Positions 49,499-57,261 of a stretch of DNA of 64,000 nt are shown in pieces. The stretch's first letter is position 1, and every line of letters begins with the position of its first letter. The translations under genes were made by a program, and so were the position numbers. Below the pieces are notes generated by a model. That model worked only from the letters and a program-made list of their open reading frames with translations. It made no database searches and was not told where the DNA came from. Source of the DNA: Methanobacteriota archaeon (GTDB lineage Archaea; Thermoplasmatota; E2; DHVEG-1); contig CAVYNH010000005.1 in the NCBI GenBank assembly GCA_963769885.1, positions 119,144 to 183,143 on the forward strand, read 5' to 3'.

Positions 49499-51274
49499 AT
49501 GACAACTGAAGAAAAAGAACAGGAAAAGACAGCCCGAAAGCAGGAGAGGAAAATAAAGAAAGATTCGTTGAAGACCCTGAAATATTCCTACCGGACGCTT
49601 GAGAATCGAGGGAAGTACGTTCGATCCGTGCTCCTCCCCTGCATCCTGCTAGGAGCCCTTGTCATGGGCATGCCGTTTGTCCTGCGCCTTCTGGTTTCAA
49701 GCACGCTTGAGTTCAATACTACGATATTCATCCTTGGCGGGATTATCCCTGTTCTCTTAGGTGTTTTGTACCCTTACATCTCTTGGAAGAACAAAGAGTC
49801 GTCTATCAACGGGAAGATGCATTTCTTCATCACCCATCTTAGGGTCCTAGCTATCTCCGATCTTTCGTTAAAGGATATTATCAACGTCATCGGGGGAAAC
49901 AAAGCGTACAAGAGTCTTGGAGAAGAACTGCGTAAGATCAGCGTCCTATCTGATCAATGGCGCATGCCGCTCTCGAAGAGCTTCCGGTTCATCTCAGAGC
50001 GGACTCCAAGTAAGATCTTCCGGGATTTCTTGGACCGGTTCTCGCAAAGCCTTGACAGCGGTGTTGAACATCGGGAATTCATCGAGACTGAACAGAGCGC
50101 GGTGCTTGAAGAATACAAGACCATGTACGAGGCGAGCAACAACAATATCACGATTCTCAGTGAAATCTACGTCAGCCTCTTGATTGCCATCATCTTCGTC
50201 ATGTCTTTAGGCATCGTCCTCCCCATGATTATGGGTTCGAAGGATATGAACTCCTTTATCTTTCTCGCCTCGTTCATGCTCATCGCCTCCGAAGGCCTCC
50301 TCCTCTACTTGCTTCGTGCGATGATCCCGCCCGACGAGATGTGGCATTGCACAGGAGAAAAAGGTAATATCGAACGCTCGCTATATCGGTTGTTTAAACT
50401 TTCCTTAGGGATGGTCTTTGGGCTAGGATTCTTTTTCTTCCTTTCAAAGACCATACTTGGGCTGTTCCCATTCACCATAATTCCCTATGAATTGCTTGTG
50501 GCACTCGCCGTAACCCCACTCATCCTCCCAGGAATAATAGTATTGAGAGAAGAGGACCGCATGATGCGTAAAGAGAGGAATTTTTTAGGGTTTCTCCCAG
50601 CACTTGGTTCTATCTCAACCATGCGAGGCGGCCGTATTAATGATTCCGTGTATTATTTGAGCGAAAAGGATTATGGTGTGCTCACGGGCCACATCCGGGA
50701 TTTATATCGCCGGCTTCGTACCCGCATTGACGACGATGCCTCATGGGAATGGTTTGGGGTCGATACAGGTAGCAACTACATTCAACGGTCCTGCGAAATG
50801 TTCCGACAGTCAACGGCTGCTGCCGCGAACCCTCGGACGGTTTCCCGGATGATCACCGAGAATATCCGAAAGATTCGGGACCTCCGGGTTAAAAAGATGG
50901 CGATCGTGAAGACATCCGCGGCCCTTTTGGCAGGCATTACCTTCGGAATAACGTTTGCCATTTACTGCTCGTTGGTCGTCGCCCGGCATTTGAATACGAT
51001 TCTTGCGGCGGGTACGGCCGGGAATCCATTTGAAGGGACCACGATTGATATTGGAACGATATTAACCACGGTCCCCCCTCAGGTTTTTACAAATAACTTT
51101 ATCCTCATCTTTACAGTGCTTCTCATCCACTGCATCCTTATGTCCATTACAATCCGTTCACTACGAGGAAGCCACATTATCGTCTCCTGCTACTATTTCG
51201 TCGTCTTTACTTGGATTGTGTCCGTGACCGCCGTCCTTGTTGATTTCACCTTACGCGGGTATCTTGGTATCTAG
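49499..51274 (+). CDS. flaJ: archaellum membrane platform protein ArlJ
   Basis: Multi-TM T2SSF-type protein; TPSK.F.DFLDRF..SLDSG, W..F..DTGS. Confidence 0.9.
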   Translation: MTTEEKEQEKTARKQERKIKKDSLKTLKYSYRTLENRGKYVRSVLLPCILLGALVMGMPFVLRLLVSSTLEFNTTIFILGGIIPVLLGVLYPYISWKNKESSINGKMHFFITHLRVLAISDLSLKDIINVIGGNKAYKSLGEELRKISVLSDQWRMPLSKSFRFISERTPSKIFRDFLDRFSQSLDSGVEHREFIETEQSAVLEEYKTMYEASNNNITILSEIYVSLLIAIIFVMSLGIVLPMIMGSKDMNSFIFLASFMLIASEGLLLYLLRAMIPPDEMWHCTGEKGNIERSLYRLFKLSLGMVFGLGFFFFLSKTILGLFPFTIIPYELLVALAVTPLILPGIIVLREEDRMMRKERNFLGFLPALGSISTMRGGRINDSVYYLSEKDYGVLTGHIRDLYRRLRTRIDDDASWEWFGVDTGSNYIQRSCEMFRQSTAAAANPRTVSRMITENIRKIRDLRVKKMAIVKTSAALLAGITFGITFAIYCSLVVARHLNTILAAGTAGNPFEGTTIDIGTILTTVPPQVFTNNFILIFTVLLIHCILMSITIRSLRGSHIIVSCYYFVVFTWIVSVTAVLVDFTLRGYLGI

Positions 51275-51298
51275 AAGTCGGCTTTCCACAAGATTACC

Positions 51299-51968
51299 TT
51301 AAGGTTGTAGGTCGAGAATCGAGTCTATGAGGCTACTTGGAGTCGTAAAATCAATAAGGCCAGGGGTCCCGTATTCGCTGTAAATACTCCCGGAGACTTC
51401 AACGCGACTACCAAGGCCGCTTGTGAAACATTTGGAGGTATTTACCAGGAGGACGGCGAGGTCCTGACCATTGAGGATTGGGGTCTGCTGTAGGCACGAC
51501 CCATCCGTATCACGGATGACCATAAGCCCGAAGGTCGTAGCATTCAGTTGACTTGCATTCAGCGTCCCAAATAAGCCGTTGGAGGAGCTTCCACTGTAGC
51601 AGGCATTATCATATTTAAGAAGGACTTTTGAGGACGTGTCAGAAAGGGCGATGACCACCGTTGATAAATCAACGGGTTCAGAGGCCGTCGTGGTCTGCAG
51701 GAATATAGCTAATTGCGTTATTTTTGTTCCATTGGAAAACCCGCTGATATGGGTTACCTTTATCCCTGAGGATACCTCGCGGAGCGTTTCCTGACCGGTT
51801 TTCAACGCCTGCTGTTGAAGGGTGTTCATGGTCTGCATGAGAACAGAGGCGGCGATTCCGGCGGCGAGAATTAGGGCAATAAAAATTATGAGAGATCCGA
51901 CTCCCATCTCAGCGGATGAATAGCTTCTTTGGCTTCTTCGAATGATGGTAAACAGTTTTTACCCCCAT
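51299..51968 (-). CDS. flaB: archaellin (leader start uncertain: CTG at 51955, or ATG at 51968 with a +1 frameshift)
   Basis: RRSQRSYSSA|[24 protein letters not shown]; IRDTDGS; FTTP. Confidence 0.82.
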
Positions 51969-52057
51969 CCCGGTGAAGGATAACTAGTAAACCCCTCCAC
52001 ACCCATGGGATGAATCCTGTATGGGGATAAAAAAGTAATGGCTGAACGAAGTGAAGG

Positions 52058-52099
52058 AGGAATAAAAAGAAAAAAGAGGTGTGTGGCCAGATACCACAC
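52058..52099 (-). terminator. hairpin plus T tract after the archaellin triplet
   Basis: GTGTGG...CCACAC followed on the minus strand by CTCTTTTTTCTTTTT. Confidence 0.45.
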
Positions 52100-52113
52100 G
52101 GTATTTTACAGGC

Positions 52114-52797
52114 TTAGTAGAGATCGAATATTGTTCCGGCCAGCGAAGACGGAGTCCTGATGGCGAAAATCCCTGGAGCTCCTTGTTCTGGGATAATCAT
52201 TCCCCAGATATCTTCTGAGGGACCCCATCCACCAAAGGATTTACCTGGGCATATGGTGATAAGGACGTGGTCTCCTCTGTTGATGACCGGACTGGCCGTA
52301 GAGTCGGCTGATCCATCTACATCCTTTAAGACCATGACTCCAAACGAGGTCGCGCCTTGACCAAAGGCTGATACTGAGTCGTCAAAGATACCTGCGCCCC
52401 CGATACCGGTGTAGTTGAAGAAAAAGGAGCTGTTATACTTCATCACGATCTTAGTGACAGAATCACTGACTTCAACGGTTGTTTTACTCAAATCGATATC
52501 CTTTGAGCCTGCTCTCGGTGAGACAGAAATGGTTACGTTGAGTATCTTATCAGTGATTGCTCCGCCGCCATAATCGTACGTTCCTTTCGCAGCACAAATA
52601 TCGTCAACGCCTATTCCCGTGGCGACTTCATTAGTAGTCTCTGCGCCTGTCGCCATAGCCTGATTCTCTAATTTGTTTGCGGTTTGTACCAAGACCGAGG
52701 CTGCAATCCCAGCAACAAGGACCATGGCAATGAACACAATCATTGCCCCGATTCCCATGTCCCCTGCCTTGCTCCTTACAAATCTCATGTGTCTCAT
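52114..52797 (-). CDS. flaB: archaellin
   Basis: KAG|[33 protein letters not shown]. Confidence 0.93.
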   Translation of the reverse strand: MRHMRFVRSKAGDMGIGAMIVFIAMVLVAGIAASVLVQTANKLENQAMATGAETTNEVATGIGVDDICAAKGTYDYGGGAITDKILNVTISVSPRAGSKDIDLSKTTVEVSDSVTKIVMKYNSSFFFNYTGIGGAGIFDDSVSAFGQGATSFGVMVLKDVDGSADSTASPVINRGDHVLITICPGKSFGGWGPSEDIWGMIIPEQGAPGIFAIRTPSSLAGTIFDLY

Positions 52798-52813
52798 TTT
52801 TCATCCTCCTCAG
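52672..52813. repeat. 142-bp exact direct repeat, copy A (archaellin RBS and 5' end)
   Basis: Identical to 53353-53494 by manual alignment. Confidence 0.9.
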
Positions 52814-53478
52814 TACAAATCATAGACAGTATCCGAAAGCGAGGAAGGAACCCGGAATGCAAAAATCCCTGGTGCTCCGATTTCCGGAATGACTTGTCCC
52901 ATGATGTCGTCACGAGGGTCAAGACCTGTGGTAAAGCATGCACTGGTGCTAATCTTCAGCATGACGATATCTCCTGTGTTGATGACGGGCGAAGATGCAG
53001 AACTCATCGAGCTATCGGCATCATTCAGAACAATGATACCAAACTCGTCGTTGGTGAGCGTCCAATTTCCAGTTCCAAAGACACTCCCAGTAGTATCATC
53101 GACTGCAGTGCTGTAATCGTCCGTGTCAGTTGCATCGTAGTGGAGGAGCACCTTCGTGTCGCCGTCGGTTAATTCGATGATCGTTTGATTTAGGTCAATG
53201 GCTCCTGATCCCGATCTGGTTTTTATTGTAATAGTCAGGTTAACAATCGTATGTGAGGTGGTGTTTGTCTTTCCTCCAATATCAAACACGCCAAGGCCTG
53301 ATGCGACTTCTTTTGTCGTCTGTTGCCCTGTTATCATTGCTCGAATCTCTAGTTTGTTTGCGGTTTGTACCAAGACCGAGGCTGCAATCCCAGCAACAAG
53401 GACCATGGCAATGAACACAATCATTGCCCCGATTCCCATGTCCCCTGCCTTGCTCCTTACAAATCTCATGTGTCTCAT
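52810..53478 (-). CDS. flaB: archaellin
   Basis: Same N-terminus as 52114-52797; GGAGG RBS. Confidence 0.93.
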   Translation of the reverse strand: MRHMRFVRSKAGDMGIGAMIVFIAMVLVAGIAASVLVQTANKLEIRAMITGQQTTKEVASGLGVFDIGGKTNTTSHTIVNLTITIKTRSGSGAIDLNQTIIELTDGDTKVLLHYDATDTDDYSTAVDDTTGSVFGTGNWTLTNDEFGIIVLNDADSSMSSASSPVINTGDIVMLKISTSACFTTGLDPRDDIMGQVIPEIGAPGIFAFRVPSSLSDTVYDLY

Positions 53479-53494
53479 TTTTCATCCTCCTCAG
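53353..53494. repeat. 142-bp exact direct repeat, copy B
   Basis: Identical to 52672-52813. Confidence 0.9.
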
Positions 53495-54160
53495 GTACAA
53501 ACCAAAAACCGTGCCTCCAGCAAAGGAAGCCGGCGTGGTAAAGGCAAAAGCACCAGCTGAGCCTTCTTCCGGTTGGACAAGCCCCCACACATCTACCCGA
53601 ACATCGAGCCCGGCTCCGAAGCATTGGGTTGCATCGAACGTCAAAGCAACCTTATCCCCAAGGTTTGCAACAGGCGTTGTGTTCGTCACCGATCCATCGG
53701 CGTCCTCCAGGACCATGACCCCAAAATCTTTGGCGCCTAGTGTGTAGGCAGTGCCGGCAGGGTTGAACATATCTCCGCCGACTTGGCTTCTCGTTGTATA
53801 ACCCCCGGCGTAGGTTAAGACGCATTTCTGCACTGAGTTCGAAATCTCTATGTAGGCGTTCGACAGATCAATGTCCCCAGCGCCTGCTCGGGGTTCCACG
53901 GTAATGTAGCCGAGGTCAAGTGTGGTTCCGCTCTTATGCCCAGCGATACTGGAGACTTTTAACCCTGTGGCTACCTGGTTAATGGTCTGATCTCCCGTCG
54001 TCATCGCTTGTATTTCCAGCTTGTTGGCCGTCTGTACGAGGACGGACGCAGCGATACCGGCGACAAGGACCATGGCGATGAACACAATCATGGCGCCAAT
54101 TCCCATGTCAGCGATATCGCTTTTTTTCAGAAGTTGCTTTATTTTTCCCATCTGGCACAC
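53491..54160 (-). CDS. flaB: archaellin (natural stop put out of frame by one extra base at 53494/53495)
   Basis: KKSDIA|[13 protein letters not shown]; ends ...GLY-c-TGA where the neighbouring paralog has DLY-TGA in the same context. Confidence 0.88.
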
Positions 54161-54458
54161 ATCCCTCCTATTGAAGGTGCTTATACAACCCGCTTAGGAC
54201 TGTACAAATTCAACCTTTAGAGTGCTTAGACTTGAAAATAAACCGTTTCCTTAAATAGATTGTCTGCAGACGGAGGAGCAGTTGCGTATGCAGGTAGGAG
54301 GGCAGTCAATGGGAGGCATCACGAGAGCTCTCACGAAGAGAACGGGGCTTTTGAAGCAAAAAGTCTAATAATTAATTTATATAATATTGATAATATTGGA
54401 AAACTGAGAAGGGATGCGATTGCCTCGCATCGGCCTCCTCTATCAAGACCCACGCGGT

Positions 54459-57248
54459 TTAGGAGGCGTGGTGCCCCGGAGAATGTTCGATGATCCACTC
54501 AAGCAGCTGCCAGAGCCATGAGGCGCCGTGGGCCGGCTGATTCACCGGAAGGGCGACATGCACGAAGATGGTGTCCTCGTACATATTCCCGGCCACATCG
54601 TACACCTGCGCCAAGATATACTTGAACTGCAGCGCCGTGAAGTCCCGGTTGCAATACCATTTATAGTTGCCAGACCCAGGCGGGTCATCAGAGGTCACGG
54701 TAACGGGGTTTGCATACGGCATCCCAACGTCGAAGACCATACAATCGATCCCTGACCCGTTGTCGGTCGCGGTCACCTGCACCCAGAACCCGCCATGTTT
54801 GGGGATAGTGGCACCATCGGACGGCATCCAGATGGAGCAATACGGCTGGATCTTATCGATAGAGATCTTGACTGGGCCTTGCGGGCTTTCGACGTTCCCG
54901 GCGTAATCCACAGACCAGAACCGGATATTCCAACTCCCAAACAAGGTGTTCGGATCCCCCGTCGCATCCTGTGGCAACCGAATCCCAGAAGCGGCGTCGT
55001 ACTCCTTTATCGCTCCCTGGTCGATACGGAAGTAGGTGTGATTTACTCCAGAGCCGTATTGGCCGTCCGTCGCACTCAGCGTTACCCGCACGTTGCTGAT
55101 GTACCACCCGTGTTGGCCGAGGGTGCCGGAGATGTCGTCGACGATGGTCTCCGGCGGGTCGTCATCGCTGCCGACGTACACGATGGACCAGGAATCAAGG
55201 AGGGGTGTATAGGATGGGTTCGCACGGCTCAACGTCGCCTGGGCGCGGATACCTGGATGGAGGACCGGGTCAATGCCGGAGAGATCCTCCCCGTTGCTTG
55301 CTCCTGCAATGAGCGTGCTTCCGTTCTCGGAAAGGATATTAAAGCTCAGGCTGCCTGAGTAGTCCACATTGAACTCATGCCAAGAGACGAGGTTGAACGG
55401 CGCCAGCGTCTTCGACGTGACTTGGGCGGTGAGAACCTCTTGTTTCTCCGGCCCGATGACTGCCGTCACATCGGAGCTCCCCGGGATGTTCAACTGCCAG
55501 ATGTTGCCGAAGACATCAGGCATATCGTTCCACGGGTAGGGGTAGTCGATTCGTATATCCTCCCAGGCGATGAAAACGTGGCCGTCGCCGACCGTCATCT
55601 CCGCCCAGTCCGCAACCGAGGAGTTGCTAGCCGACATCTGGATATCATAGGGAAACACGGTGCCGTTGAAGGTGACCATCTTCCCCCAGATATCCCCGCT
55701 GCTGTCGAAGCTGACGAGAAACGTCGAGGGAAGGTACGGGGTGATGTCGGTCCGGATGAAGTTCCCTGGCTTGAGGATGAAATTGTTCTTGATGATGTTT
55801 CCGGAGGTGTCAATGACCCTCGCCCAGATATTTCCGTACCAATCACCATCGCTGATGTCCCCGTCGTTCCAGGCGACCAGGAATCGCTGCATGAGCTCAC
55901 AGTAGCCGACCGCAGGGAAATTATAGTCAGTCTCCGACAATCCTGTCGCAAAAGTCATCGTCGTCCCGACGGGGTCCAGGTTCTGGTTGAAGAACCCGCC
56001 CTTGATGCTGAAGGGACCCGTGTCTGCGGTGAGGCCTTCCTCATAGACAATTAGGTACTGCTGATGCTGTGGGTCGTAGGCGGCCCAGGGTTCGCATTGA
56101 TTGTTCGCCGCGCTACTAATCGTCTTCTCCGAGCCAATAGGGTTCCCTGCGGTGTCATACAGGCGGCCGTAGACATTGTAGTTGGTGACGCCGTTACGGC
56201 CATCCTCCCAGAGGACGCAGAAGCGATGATTCACAGAATCGTAGGTGACGAAGGCGTCGGCCTGGCAGCTGGCCGCGCTGCACACGGTCTGGACCGTGCC
56301 GAGGATGAAGTTGCCGCCCTGTCGCGAGATCGTCCGGGCTTTGATATCTTCAGTGGCCGCGCTGGGATTCGCGGTGGTGTCATAGTGCTCCCAGGCGACG
56401 AAATAGGTATTGTCCCCAAAGGCGGCAGAGGGGTTCTCGTTTCGGTAGTAGAGGGTATTGTCGTTGAAGATGCAGGTATCGAGCATGATAGGGGCGCCGT
56501 CAAGGCCGTAGAGTGAGCCGCGGATTTCCTGTTTGAACCCAAAGGTGTGAGGTGAGAAATAGGCCTGGCCCTCTTCCCAGAGGACGAGGAATTCGCCAAT
56601 GCCATATTCAACCTCGGGGTCCCAGGCGCCCTCGCTGTTGGTATGGTAGGTGACTCGTTCATCGTTTGGCCAGTTGTTGTGCCAGGTGGTGAATACGCTG
56701 TAGTAGTCGCTTTGGCTTTGGGCCGCGGGGTTCCCGTAGAAGAGGTAGAGCATGCTGTTCCCTGTGGGGATGGTGGGGATTCGGATCCAGACACTGGCGG
56801 AGGCGTTGTTGTAAGCCTCGACCCAGTAGTCAAGCCAGGTAGTTGTGAAGTCCTGATATTTGAAGCGGATGTCGCCATAGTCTGCCCGCATTGCCGACTC
56901 TTTTGCGATAGTCAGGTGGACGGCATAGCTGGTAAGGGGTGCGCCTACGGTGTTTGTCAGGGTGATGGGCTTAAGGCGGGTCCATGCGGGGTCGGTCCAG
57001 ACGGCGTAGGTGTTTTTGATGCCGACGGTCCCGTCTTTAACCTCATAATCATGAGAGAGAGCGGGGTCGATGTGTTCTTCGGTGTCGAATTGGTCTTCCC
57101 AGGTGAAGTACGGATCAACGAGCGGGCGTGGAGCGTAGGATGGGGGTGATGAGGTCTTCTCTAGGGCCTGCGTTGGGATGACCGCGAGCAGCATCCCAAG
57201 CAGGATGAACGCGACTAGCTTTTGGGCGAGTAATGAAGTGTTTTTCAT
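54459..57248 (-). CDS. large secreted protein: DUF2341-like domain, beta-repeat region and Ig-like domains
   Basis: Signal peptide MKNTSLL...; DYGDIRF...DYWVE...VWIRIP...YGNP; repeated P...Y....FLV.W[ED]; GWYISNV.V.L.ATD. Confidence 0.78.
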   Translation of the reverse strand: MKNTSLLAQKLVAFILLGMLLAVIPTQALEKTSSPPSYAPRPLVDPYFTWEDQFDTEEHIDPALSHDYEVKDGTVGIKNTYAVWTDPAWTRLKPITLTNTVGAPLTSYAVHLTIAKESAMRADYGDIRFKYQDFTTTWLDYWVEAYNNASASVWIRIPTIPTGNSMLYLFYGNPAAQSQSDYYSVFTTWHNNWPNDERVTYHTNSEGAWDPEVEYGIGEFLVLWEEGQAYFSPHTFGFKQEIRGSLYGLDGAPIMLDTCIFNDNTLYYRNENPSAAFGDNTYFVAWEHYDTTANPSAATEDIKARTISRQGGNFILGTVQTVCSAASCQADAFVTYDSVNHRFCVLWEDGRNGVTNYNVYGRLYDTAGNPIGSEKTISSAANNQCEPWAAYDPQHQQYLIVYEEGLTADTGPFSIKGGFFNQNLDPVGTTMTFATGLSETDYNFPAVGYCELMQRFLVAWNDGDISDGDWYGNIWARVIDTSGNIIKNNFILKPGNFIRTDITPYLPSTFLVSFDSSGDIWGKMVTFNGTVFPYDIQMSASNSSVADWAEMTVGDGHVFIAWEDIRIDYPYPWNDMPDVFGNIWQLNIPGSSDVTAVIGPEKQEVLTAQVTSKTLAPFNLVSWHEFNVDYSGSLSFNILSENGSTLIAGASNGEDLSGIDPVLHPGIRAQATLSRANPSYTPLLDSWSIVYVGSDDDPPETIVDDISGTLGQHGWYISNVRVTLSATDGQYGSGVNHTYFRIDQGAIKEYDAASGIRLPQDATGDPNTLFGSWNIRFWSVDYAGNVESPQGPVKISIDKIQPYCSIWMPSDGATIPKHGGFWVQVTATDNGSGIDCMVFDVGMPYANPVTVTSDDPPGSGNYKWYCNRDFTALQFKYILAQVYDVAGNMYEDTIFVHVALPVNQPAHGASWLWQLLEWIIEHSPGHHAS

Positions 57249-57261
57249 ACTTCCTCCTGGC

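Noticed and set aside
53282-53490. C-terminal extension of the 292-aa archaellin ORF
   Set aside because: Out-of-frame read-through over the next archaellin caused by one extra base before the stop
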